From a virus (taxonomy: Duplodnaviria > Caudoviricetes), in the IMG/VR virus record IMGVR_UViG_3300017925_000039, positions 1 through 24,463 of that record: DNA of 24,463 nt; one strand, written 5' to 3'. Numbering within the stretch: position 1 is the stretch's first letter; each line of letters starts with the position of its first letter. Positions 15,833 through 24,463 of this stretch are shown here, piece after piece. The notes below the pieces were generated by a model, which was not told the DNA's origin, made no database searches, and worked only from the letters and a program-made list of their open reading frames with translations. The translations under genes and the position numbers were made by a program.

Positions 15833-18337
15833 ATGTCTATACCTCAAAGAGTGAATATACATGACGGAAATCATCGCATGGTTTTAGCCAAAGTAGGAGA
15901 GCGCATATTGACTCCATCTGAGAACAAAGAATATGAACGTACGCACCCCGATGCACGCAAGCGACCTATGCAGGCAGAAGTGTACGACGGTGGTGGAGAT
16001 GTGAAAAAACCTACCCACCTTGCCGACGCATATTTGGCAGATGCAGCAGCACCCGTGCAAGATAGTCCACTGATGAATCAAGAAGCATTTGACTGCGGTG
16101 GTATGGTGTATGACAAAGGCGGAGACGTTCCTGCACCTGCACAAGATGATTCTTTGTGGGGAAAAATAAAGAACCGTGCTGCAGAGATTTATAGTCAGGA
16201 AAAATCGGCTGTGTCTAGGTACATCCCTACGGTACAAGAACCTATGGGTGGCATAGCTGCGAATCAACAGAACATTGATCAGTATAAAGCAGCCGAGCAG
16301 CCCCAGAAGATGCAGCAGCCTTACTCTGCTGCCCCGTCTGACCGAGTGAACCCCAAGGCTAAGTATGGGGATCGTCCCGGCGAGAAGCGTCCTGAACAGA
16401 TGGCACCCCTCTATGACGATGGCGGCACAGTACAACCAGAGAAGAACGACCAAGAAAAAGCAGCCGATGATGCCGCAGCGAAAGATGCGGCTATGCGGCA
16501 GGCTACACAAGAGGTGCACATGGAAGAAGCACCCATCAGTCACGGAACTATGGGTGACCGTGAAGACGCTCGGGCTCTCCGTCCCCCCGTACGTATGCAG
16601 TACGATACAGAGAATCCCGTGGATGAATCCAAGGGCGTAGCAGACAACTCTAGTATGAGCGAGGCTCACATGAGTATACGTAATGCTCCTCTGGAAAAAC
16701 CACAGATGAATATGAAGAACACTCCAGCATTGCAGCCAGAGATTATGGAACGAGAGGCAAGCACAATCAATACTCCACGTCCAGAAAGAATGAACTATAC
16801 ACCGCAGTCTGAAGGCCTTGCTGCTGGTCCTGTCAAAGAAGACATCGACCAAGCAGCAGCCCAAGGTGATGTAGCCAGCGCAGATTACGCTACTCCTAAA
16901 GCTCCGTCTCCAGAGAAGCAGATAGTGCTCAAGGATCAGATGGATGCAATGAAGAGCGGCGATCTTGTAAAGTTGGGAATGTCTAACATCAATCTGCGCA
17001 TGCTTGAAGGCCGGGATAAAGAACATCCCGAGAGCGTTCAGCCCGCACTGCCTACACCCACTGCCCCTACAGCTCGGGAGAACATTGTAAATCAAAAGGC
17101 AGAACTTAAGAATAAGATGATCAACGCTCCTACTGAGCAAGAGCGTTTCCAAGCCGAAAAAGATTTGGCTGAGCTTAACCGTAGGACTCCTTGGGGTTCC
17201 GAAGGGAACCACCCAGGCATGCTGGGTAAAATAGGGCACGTTATGTCCCGCGTAGGGCAAGCAGCGCTTATGCCCACGGCACCATACCTTGCGCCAGCAA
17301 TACCCGGCTCCCAGGCCAACATAGCAGCACAAGAAGCCCGAGGAGAACAAGGAGTTGAGCAGGCACAGAAAAAACAACAGCAAGCGGCTGTCACTAAAGA
17401 AGCTGAGCAGCAACCTGCACTGCGTGAAGAAGCACAGAAACTGACAGCACAGAAAATGGAGAATACTCTGAGGACTGCTGGTTTCAAGACTGATCCGGCT
17501 ACTGGAGAGCATGTGCCCCTGACTTACGAGGAGATGTCCCCAGTACAACAGGCTGCATATGATCAGAAAGAGAGCATACAGACTCTCAACGAGGCCAAAG
17601 GGCATGAACAAGAGGCTAAGGCAATTCTTGAAAAATATAAGGCTGACCCCAATAATGCTCAAAACAAAATAGCAATGGCCAAATTGCAAGAAGAAGCAAA
17701 GCGTACGAGTATCGCGGCAGGAAAATTGGGATTAGACAAGACGCGATTCTTGGCAGATTATTATGGCCTTGGAGCAGATGGACAACCTATCCCCGGAGCG
17801 CAATTGACTCCTGAGGGCAAGCCCATCGGCCCGAAGATGACACCAAAAGGCACGGCTGGACAGCCTACAGCAAATCAGAAAATGAGGGCTGACTTGGCCG
17901 AGAACGTGATACACAACGTAGATGAAGCCACTAAACTGATTAGGAATAATCCAGATTTGTTTGGAAAAGTATCCGGTCGGTTTACCTCAGTTGCACAGAT
18001 GATGGGGTCCAATGATAAGGCTATAGCCAAACTTGGTCTTATCTTGCACAACACCGCTCTCGCTACGAACGGTATTCACGGTTTGCGTTCAGCACAAGCT
18101 ATAGAGGGCACAGAAAAAGCTCTTCTTAACAAATTTAAGAATTCACCAGAAGCGACTATAGCAGCGTTGAAGGAAAACAGGCGTAGTGTAGGGGACTTCA
18201 TGAAGGACGGCGGAAAAGCACCAATAGTCGATCCTGATCTAGTTCCACATGGGGCCAGTGACGAAGTGCTCGACAAGGCTGGAAATGTCATCGGCCACAT
18301 CGTAAACAAGAAGTATGTAGCTCTACCCAAAGAATAG
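15833..18337 (+). CDS. Putative internal virion/ejection protein (834 aa)
   Basis: Long A/Q/E/K-rich ORF between ejection-type genes. N-terminal GERILT..EN motif and repeated [YF]DxGGxV motifs. Confidence 0.7.
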   Translation: MSIPQRVNIHDGNHRMVLAKVGERILTPSENKEYERTHPDARKRPMQAEVYDGGGDVKKPTHLADAYLADAAAPVQDSPLMNQEAFDCGGMVYDKGGDVPAPAQDDSLWGKIKNRAAEIYSQEKSAVSRYIPTVQEPMGGIAANQQNIDQYKAAEQPQKMQQPYSAAPSDRVNPKAKYGDRPGEKRPEQMAPLYDDGGTVQPEKNDQEKAADDAAAKDAAMRQATQEVHMEEAPISHGTMGDREDARALRPPVRMQYDTENPVDESKGVADNSSMSEAHMSIRNAPLEKPQMNMKNTPALQPEIMEREASTINTPRPERMNYTPQSEGLAAGPVKEDIDQAAAQGDVASADYATPKAPSPEKQIVLKDQMDAMKSGDLVKLGMSNINLRMLEGRDKEHPESVQPALPTPTAPTARENIVNQKAELKNKMINAPTEQERFQAEKDLAELNRRTPWGSEGNHPGMLGKIGHVMSRVGQAALMPTAPYLAPAIPGSQANIAAQEARGEQGVEQAQKKQQQAAVTKEAEQQPALREEAQKLTAQKMENTLRTAGFKTDPATGEHVPLTYEEMSPVQQAAYDQKESIQTLNEAKGHEQEAKAILEKYKADPNNAQNKIAMAKLQEEAKRTSIAAGKLGLDKTRFLADYYGLGADGQPIPGAQLTPEGKPIGPKMTPKGTAGQPTANQKMRADLAENVIHNVDEATKLIRNNPDLFGKVSGRFTSVAQMMGSNDKAIAKLGLILHNTALATNGIHGLRSAQAIEGTEKALLNKFKNSPEATIAALKENRRSVGDFMKDGGKAPIVDPDLVPHGASDEVLDKAGNVIGHIVNKKYVALPKE

Positions 18338-18344
18338 AGGAAAC

Positions 18345-21300
18345 ATGGCAGACCAAATAGAAGGACTTCCTGAGGGTGCAGTTGTACGCCCGTTGCAGGC
18401 CCAAGAAGAAACTGCGCCCCCGCAATCTGTTGGTGAAAAGTCTAGTATCGAAGGTCTGCCTGAGGGGGCCACAGTTAGGCCCCTATCTACACCCTCTACG
18501 ATGGGGGGAGCGGGCGGTTCTTGGGAAGAACCGAGCACAGCATCTAAAGTTTGGGAAAAAGCTACTACGCCCTTGCTGTCTCAGCCTCTTATAGAGAAGC
18601 GCGCGACCGAATATTCGACCGCTGCTCCTACACTGTCGGAATCAGAACACCCATACAGAACTGCTGCCAAGAAATTCGGTGCAGGCGTTGTGGGTAGCAC
18701 AGAGAAGATGGCTCGTGATTTCTCATCTCCTTTGGGCGTGGCTACAATGGCTGCAGGACCGATTGTGGAAGGAGCAGCAGAAGCTGTGCCTGCCCTTAAA
18801 GGTTTGGCAGAAGCTAGTCCCTACATAAAACCTGCCATGAAATACGGGCAGCGTGCTATGGGTACCCTATTTGGTGCACAGGGAGCTGTTGAGGCAGGCA
18901 AAGGTGTAAAGCAAGCGTATGAAGAAGGTGGCTTTACTCCTGAGACTGCTGAGCAAACCTTAGGCGGTGCAGGCATTGCTGCTATGGGTGGCGCAGGGGC
19001 ACTAGAAGGTACAAAGATCGGACAGGAGCGAGCAGGTAAAGTTATGTCCGCCCCTGTGCGCGGTGCAGCTAAAGCTGCAACAATAGCACAACCTGTTATA
19101 CCCACACTTACAGGTTCAGTTCTTGGAGGACTTGCAGGAGAGGCTGCTGGACACCCAATGTTGGGTATGATGGCTGGAGGTGCCGTAGGTAGAAAACTAA
19201 TCCCCAAAGACCTTGGAGAAAGTTTCTTAGAAAAAGGTCGAACTCTCGGACTAAATGACAAAGAGGCAAAAATTGCACATCTACAGGAGCGCTACAACAA
19301 AGCCTTAAAAGATGCAAAGGCTCCAGCAGATGAGTATGCAGCACATGAACCTGGGCGTCAACGTGGTATACCTGCTCCTGAAGATGTAATGAAGGCACAC
19401 GAGAAAGCACAGACTGCCTTACAAGCTGCAAAGGCACATTTAGATGCTGCTAAAGAGGACTATGAAGACAGCAAAGGAGTGCCCCCTTCCACAGGGCCTA
19501 TTGAACTCTCTCCCGAGCAGAAGCTTGCACAAGACACACGCCAAGCGCCTAGCCCGACCGATGAAGACATCAAAGTTCGCCAAGAGCGGTTGATGGGAGA
19601 TATTGAGAAGCGTGTGGGCATAGAGCCGGAGGTCCCTGCTGCGCCTAAACCTGAGCCTCCCCCGATTATGACGGCTGGTGCGCCCGAGCGTGCCCCGAGC
19701 ATGAAGGGCTTGAAGGTTGATGAGGCTACGGGCAAGGTGATTGATACCACCGCTACCGAAGATGCGGCTCGTGAAGCCCTGGGCGCGGAAGCCCCAGGCC
19801 GCAAGGTACCCGCGACCGAAGGTGTCGCTATGCGTCCTCCGTTCGCTAAAGCACCAGCTGAGGAGTCCCCGCTAGCTAAGTACGCACCTGAGGAGATTGC
19901 CAAGAGAGAAGCAGTAAAGGCTGAGGCTCCCAAGGAAGCCCCCAAGCCTGCCGAGGTGCCTGCAGTAGAAGCACCGAAGGCCGAGGCTCCCAAAGAAGCC
20001 CCTGAGCGTTCCCCAGAAGACGTAGGGAAAGCCGAGAAGGTAGTTTATCAACTACCCAATCAAGAACTGCAAAATCTAGGCAATCGCTTTGGTATTTCTA
20101 CGAAGACCGAAGACTATGACTTCAGCAAGCGCGAAGCTACTCGTGAGGGCGGCTCCAAACACGCAGTTGACCGCGATAGGTTCCACAAAGATTTGATGGC
20201 GAGACTACCAACTGCCCTAGTGGACAAACTTGTTGACGCAGAAGCCGCGTGGGACAAAGCGAATCCACAGACGTTCGACGAACCGTCCAGAAGCAGCAAG
20301 TTCTGGGCAGACCGTTCCAAAGAAATCGTCAAGGACGCCCTAACTAAATATCAAGATGATCTAGCAGCCAAAGGTGCCGCTGGGGGTTCTGGGGCACCCG
20401 ACGAAGGCATAGGCGGCTTGGAAAGGTGGCAAGGTAAAAACCCCCTTGATAAAGCCACTGTGAAGCCTACGGCTGATAAGGTTAACCTACCTGCGGACAC
20501 AGGCAAGGAACAACCATTTGAGGCAGGAAATCAAACGTGGGAAGATCAGCTGCGTGAAGCACGCAAGACGGTCAACCAGAGCAAGATGAGTCCTGAGGAT
20601 CGCGCCAAAGTTCAAGAAGCGCTCGCTAAGCAAGGTGCCACTGGGGGTGCCCCGTACGATGTACGTACCCAAGTAGGTGCACATAACTCCAATGGGGGTT
20701 CTACATTCCATCCAGAACACGGCGACCTAAACGGTAAGCCATTCTTTGCTGTAGGTGGAGAACCTGAGTTTCGCGCTCCTGAACTTAAGATGACTACGAA
20801 GGGTGGAGAACTCACCGAAGCACAGATCAAAGAATTCACTGAACGTCCCGCCGTCAAAGAAGCATTGGCTAAGCATCCCGACGCAAGCATAGGCACATGG
20901 CACGACAAAGAAGCAGATCAAACTGTGACTGAGTTAGTCAAGACTCCCGCAAATCGTGATGAAGCGCTTAAAATGGGCGTCAAAAATGACCAGAAAGCCA
21001 TCTACGACTTGAAGGAAGGCAAAGAAGTACCTACGGGCGGCACAGGGGAACCTAAGGGTGGAAACATAACCCTGCATCATTGGTCCGATGTAGATGGATT
21101 GAAGGAAACCGACCCCGATAAGTTTGGCACAGGTAAAGCCGGTGCTGAGAAGGCTCGGGCTAAGGAAGAAGGCTTCCTGCCACGCACGTATTTCGCTGAC
21201 GCAGAATATAAGGAATCTGCCATACAGGGACAGAAGAATCATTACACGGCTGAGGTTGATCCCGAGAAATACTATGACATCGCGAAAGACCCAGATGGTA

Positions 21301-22862
21301 TCTGGCAGAAAGCACTGAAAGACGGTGGCGCAACGGCTGCTGAGAAGGCTGTGCATGACGCAGGATACCATGGGTACTTCCACGATGGAGGCTATGTTTC
21401 TTTTGAGAAAGTACCTGTCAAACCTTATCTGGGAGAGCTGGCTGAGAAGCACGGTACTCCTGAGGAAAAGGCAGGGATCACCAAGTCTAAGGCGCAGACT
21501 GAGAAGTTTGTATCGCAGATGGAGAAGATTCCAGAGGTCCACGAGTACGTGGATATAGCTCTGGCTGGTGAAGGTGCACGCAAGTGGTACCAGAGAAGTG
21601 CCCAGGCTTTCGAAGCTATGTCTTCAGAGGCTCCAGAGTACTTCAAGGAAGAGGGAGACAAGGACAAGTTCATCAACCTGCTTGCTGCCAGTTCACCTAG
21701 GCAGCCGGTAGCGATGAATCTGCGGGAAACGCTGCGTACGTGGAAAGCCTACGTTGACGCAGGGCGACCCGAGGGGGATACACTGAAGTCTCTGCTGGAT
21801 GAGAACTTGTCACCAGCGGTCTCCAAGACACCCAACGCTCTGAAGGCACTCACTGGTCAAGAAATGTGGCCGGACATCACCAAGAACAAAAACTTCAAAG
21901 TTCCCAGCTTTGCTAGGAACCTGAGGGGCTGGCTTGGGGCTGTAACCAACGATGGTTGGATGTCACTATTCGCGGGCTTAGACCCACGAGAGATTTCCAG
22001 TGCCCACTCTTATCACCCACTATCTATTGCCACGCGCGCTGCCGCCGAAGAACTTGGTTGGGAGCCCGCTGAAGCACAGGCAGCAATCTGGTCATTCACC
22101 CAAGCTCTTACTGAGCGCGGCGAGGAATTGCCCGAAGAGGTTCGTAAGCACTCTGAAGATTTTGTCGATCTTCTAGCGCACGATCCATACACTAGAGAAT
22201 TACTCGCAGATTTAGGAGTGACACATGCCAACCTCGACGCAAAGCTCGCAGCCATCGGAGAAAAGCCAGAAGTCTCCGGCAGAGAAACGCCAACTACTGC
22301 TCGCAGTGTTGAGCGGCTTAAAGAACGCATCGAAACAGCCAGAGGCAAGGGAACAATCCCCCCTCCAAAGTCAGCCCAGGGAGAACTCGGTTTCCGAGAA
22401 GCCCCAGCCCAGGGAAATAGGGCCAGAGTCGAGGATGAGGACACCAGCTTCAACACAGCCAAGCTCGAAAATGAGGTAGCTGAGAAGCCTAAGGGTTCCC
22501 CCAAGCACACGTACGAGTATAAGCGGGATGCCGACAGCCACCAAGTCACCGTTAGAGACAAGGATGGAAAATCGGTAGCCCTAATAGAGGCTCGTGCTGC
22601 AGATGACAATCCGAACAAATGGACTGTCAAAACCAGCGCATCAGCCGAGAAGGGCGAAGGGCTCAAGGGCTACACACGTCTTATGGACGCTGCACAGTCC
22701 CAAGCCGAACGCTCAGGGAAACCTGTGACAGTTCAAGGGGACGATGAGATGTCCCCAGCGGCTATACGTACATGGGCCAAGTTGGGCAATGAATATAGCG
22801 TCGCGTGGCCTAAGGATAACCGTCCTTCGATCACGTTCCGTCCGAAGAAGATGAAGTACTAA
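18345..22862 (+). CDS. Large ejection-type polyvalent protein (1505 aa) with putative ART-like, glycosylase-like and GNAT domains
   Basis: RBS GAGG. N-terminal IEGLPEGAxVRPL repeats, Gly/Ala membrane-like segments and EAPK linkers, followed by several globular domains (see findings). Confidence 0.75.
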   Translation: MADQIEGLPEGAVVRPLQAQEETAPPQSVGEKSSIEGLPEGATVRPLSTPSTMGGAGGSWEEPSTASKVWEKATTPLLSQPLIEKRATEYSTAAPTLSESEHPYRTAAKKFGAGVVGSTEKMARDFSSPLGVATMAAGPIVEGAAEAVPALKGLAEASPYIKPAMKYGQRAMGTLFGAQGAVEAGKGVKQAYEEGGFTPETAEQTLGGAGIAAMGGAGALEGTKIGQERAGKVMSAPVRGAAKAATIAQPVIPTLTGSVLGGLAGEAAGHPMLGMMAGGAVGRKLIPKDLGESFLEKGRTLGLNDKEAKIAHLQERYNKALKDAKAPADEYAAHEPGRQRGIPAPEDVMKAHEKAQTALQAAKAHLDAAKEDYEDSKGVPPSTGPIELSPEQKLAQDTRQAPSPTDEDIKVRQERLMGDIEKRVGIEPEVPAAPKPEPPPIMTAGAPERAPSMKGLKVDEATGKVIDTTATEDAAREALGAEAPGRKVPATEGVAMRPPFAKAPAEESPLAKYAPEEIAKREAVKAEAPKEAPKPAEVPAVEAPKAEAPKEAPERSPEDVGKAEKVVYQLPNQELQNLGNRFGISTKTEDYDFSKREATREGGSKHAVDRDRFHKDLMARLPTALVDKLVDAEAAWDKANPQTFDEPSRSSKFWADRSKEIVKDALTKYQDDLAAKGAAGGSGAPDEGIGGLERWQGKNPLDKATVKPTADKVNLPADTGKEQPFEAGNQTWEDQLREARKTVNQSKMSPEDRAKVQEALAKQGATGGAPYDVRTQVGAHNSNGGSTFHPEHGDLNGKPFFAVGGEPEFRAPELKMTTKGGELTEAQIKEFTERPAVKEALAKHPDASIGTWHDKEADQTVTELVKTPANRDEALKMGVKNDQKAIYDLKEGKEVPTGGTGEPKGGNITLHHWSDVDGLKETDPDKFGTGKAGAEKARAKEEGFLPRTYFADAEYKESAIQGQKNHYTAEVDPEKYYDIAKDPDGIWQKALKDGGATAAEKAVHDAGYHGYFHDGGYVSFEKVPVKPYLGELAEKHGTPEEKAGITKSKAQTEKFVSQMEKIPEVHEYVDIALAGEGARKWYQRSAQAFEAMSSEAPEYFKEEGDKDKFINLLAASSPRQPVAMNLRETLRTWKAYVDAGRPEGDTLKSLLDENLSPAVSKTPNALKALTGQEMWPDITKNKNFKVPSFARNLRGWLGAVTNDGWMSLFAGLDPREISSAHSYHPLSIATRAAAEELGWEPAEAQAAIWSFTQALTERGEELPEEVRKHSEDFVDLLAHDPYTRELLADLGVTHANLDAKLAAIGEKPEVSGRETPTTARSVERLKERIETARGKGTIPPPKSAQGELGFREAPAQGNRARVEDEDTSFNTAKLENEVAEKPKGSPKHTYEYKRDADSHQVTVRDKDGKSVALIEARAADDNPNKWTVKTSASAEKGEGLKGYTRLMDAAQSQAERSGKPVTVQGDDEMSPAAIRTWAKLGNEYSVAWPKDNRPSITFRPKKMKY
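19917..20002 (+). repeat. Intragenic direct repeat with a 60-nt period, encoding KAEAPKEAP
   Basis: AAGGCTGAGGCTCCCAAGGAAGCCCC and AAGGCCGAGGCTCCCAAAGAAGCCCC. Confidence 0.8.
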
Positions 22863-22878
22863 CCTGAAGGAGATTTCA

Positions 22879-23271
22879 ATGTCAAACCCAGCGGTAGGAA
22901 TGAATGGTTTACCCGTGGCAGTCGGAGCACATGTCACGGTTCACGGAGCAGTCACGGTAATCACTGGGAGCGGCGTAGGTCGCCCTTCTGGAACCACGAA
23001 TGCTACGGATACAGTGACAGTAGTGACTCCTCTAGGGGATTCTGTGTCTGTCCAAGCAGGCGACTGTTTTGCAGTGGAAGAGCCCCTCACTGGTAACAAC
23101 GCCAGAACAACTCTAGGCAATGCATTACATTTATATGACCAAGTGGTAATCAATGGTACTGTCACAGTCAAGACGGATGGCCCTTGGGGTATAACGGGGC
23201 AACTCACAATCCTAACGGACTTCTCTGGATCAAGCATCGTCGTGTCCAGCGGCACCGTAGACAACGGGTAA
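22879..23271 (+). CDS. Hypothetical beta-rich protein with an internal duplication (130 aa)
   Basis: RBS AAGGAG. Two similar halves: G.PVAVGAHVTVHGAVTVITG and GNALHLYDQVVINGTVTVKTD. Confidence 0.8.
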   Translation: MSNPAVGMNGLPVAVGAHVTVHGAVTVITGSGVGRPSGTTNATDTVTVVTPLGDSVSVQAGDCFAVEEPLTGNNARTTLGNALHLYDQVVINGTVTVKTDGPWGITGQLTILTDFSGSSIVVSSGTVDNG

Positions 23272-23333
23272 TCTAAAGTTTCGCACACAGCAAAATCCTG
23301 AAAGTGGTGCTAGAAGCACCGGAGAAAATAGCC

Positions 23334-24107
23334 ATGTTTTATCAGAAGACACCGTTTAAGCCTTCACCAAAGTTGTTGACCCAAAACACCCCCGAGTATC
23401 TGTTCGGGAACTGGAATGCAGACGTAGCCCCTACACAAGGGTTAATCCTTAGTGACTCAGGCACTGGGTCTACTTCAACTTTTGTAATTAAGATTCTGTC
23501 GGGGAATGTCCCGACCGTGGACTCCCTGTTCACATCTGTGGGAACAGCCAATGTAGCAGGGGCTTACAACCTAACAAACGTAGGCATCCTGAGCGTTTCG
23601 GCACCCGCAAACCCCGACACCGGAATTTACACCATCACCGTTGCGGGGTCGGGAACTAGCGCATCAGCGGCAGATGCTGGGCAGTTCTACATTATGGTCC
23701 CCGAAGTCGGAGACCAACTCACTGCTGATCTTATCTCCACTGGGATAGCCTCTGCCCCTGTTGCATCTGCTGTAGCGGGTCCAGATAATACTGGGAAGTC
23801 CCTGAGTGTGTCTGTGAAGTTGCCAGCCAATACTACGGCGAATCCTAGTACGCTTTCTGCTATCGCAGTGTATATACAGGGCTCGAATCTCGACTACGAC
23901 ACTGAGTTTGTTGACATCGGAGAAATCGTAGCATCAGGGTCGGCAGGGAACACCTACGAATGGCAAAGCGGACAAGCTGTGGGCGCAGCAGCCCCGGGCT
24001 CAGTGGGCTCGGGCAGTGTAGATTTGATTAACTTCAAGTTCTACCGTCTGCGTGTAGCTACGGGTGGTTCTAGAACGGGTCCGATTATCGGCAAAATGGT
24101 AAGTTAA
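23334..24107 (+). CDS. Putative virion structural protein (257 aa)
   Basis: ATG 23334 behind GGAG. S/T/G/A-rich beta protein ending in FKFYRLRV. Confidence 0.7.
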   Translation: MFYQKTPFKPSPKLLTQNTPEYLFGNWNADVAPTQGLILSDSGTGSTSTFVIKILSGNVPTVDSLFTSVGTANVAGAYNLTNVGILSVSAPANPDTGIYTITVAGSGTSASAADAGQFYIMVPEVGDQLTADLISTGIASAPVASAVAGPDNTGKSLSVSVKLPANTTANPSTLSAIAVYIQGSNLDYDTEFVDIGEIVASGSAGNTYEWQSGQAVGAAAPGSVGSGSVDLINFKFYRLRVATGGSRTGPIIGKMVS

Positions 24108-24113
24108 TACCCC

Positions 24114-24142
24114 GAGGGCCCTTAGTGGCCCTCTACATTTTT
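24114..24142 (+). terminator. Possible intrinsic terminator or processing hairpin
   Basis: GAGGGCC-CTTAGT-GGCCCTC followed by TACATTTTT. The U tract is imperfect. Confidence 0.5.
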
Positions 24143-24154
24143 CAGGAGACTCAG

Positions 24155-24463
24155 ATGAACATCGAAGAACTACAGAGGGAGCTTGAACGCAAGATTGCAA
24201 AGCTCGATGAAGAACGACAAGCTAACGCCAAGAAAGCCAAAGAAGAGCGCGAGAACTTGCTCCTTGAAGTAGAAATGGAGCGCAAGGAACGTTTGGCACG
24301 CTATGAGGCTCAAGTAGCGGCACACGAAAAAGAAGAGCGCGAGAAGGTAGCTGCCGAGGAAGTACGAAGAAAGACCGAGATTGAAGCTCGTCTTGCTACA
24401 GAGCAGAAGCAGAACATACTGGATGAAACCCTGCGCTTGCAGCGCGAAAAGCTGGAGTGGCTG
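24155..24463 (+). CDS. Coiled-coil hypothetical protein, 3' truncated by the window
   Basis: RBS AGGAG, MNIEELQRELERKIAKLDEERQ..., open to the end of the window. Not in the ORF track. Confidence 0.8.
   Translation, partial: MNIEELQRELERKIAKLDEERQANAKKAKEERENLLLEVEMERKERLARYEAQVAAHEKEEREKVAAEEVRRKTEIEARLATEQKQNILDETLRLQREKLEWL

Larger units (their letters stand above)
1..24463. mobile_element. Tailed bacteriophage (or prophage) genome segment: packaging arm plus tail/ejection arm
   Basis: Large terminase, tail-hub-like and ejection-type proteins, four free-standing homing endonucleases, a group I intron and phage tRNAs. No host housekeeping genes are seen. Confidence 0.95.

Noticed and set aside
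15884-17689. 601-aa minus-strand ORF
   Set aside because: It is an antisense shadow of the 834-aa ejection gene, with an implausible L/C/F-rich composition and no RBS or operon context.
18821-22666. Several 100-217 aa minus-strand ORFs within the 1505-aa gene
   Set aside because: Antisense shadows caused by the codon bias of the sense gene.

Overview
A 24.5-kb piece of a tailed dsDNA phage genome, standard genetic code, with podovirus/P22-like tail and ejection gene order. Two arms diverge from a control region at about 4.1-6.0 kb. The left arm (minus strand) holds a self-contained non-coding operon (perfect sigma70 promoter, atypical tRNA-Thr-like gene, ~240-nt highly structured RNA, tRNA-Ala, intrinsic terminator). 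It continues with a SprT-like protein, an endonuclease VII-type nuclease, a possible small terminase, a GIY-YIG nuclease and the large terminase, which is missing from the ORF track because it runs off the window. The right arm (plus strand) starts with an orphan HEARO/omegaRNA-like element that has no IscB. It then has virion genes, including a tail-hub gene interrupted by an ORF-less group I intron and split in two, two HNH-type nucleases, a GNAT-like protein, and three ejection-type proteins, the last a 1505-aa polyvalent protein. The most striking observation is a ~80-nt structured RNA leader present in five diverged copies. Each has a hairpin, then CTAG, then a second hairpin whose loop is perfectly complementary to the sequence at the Shine-Dalgarno site, and this pairing co-varies across the copies. 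It precedes all four free-standing homing endonucleases, although they belong to unrelated nuclease families, plus one non-nuclease gene. All calls come from reading motifs by eye; no database searches or folding programs were run.
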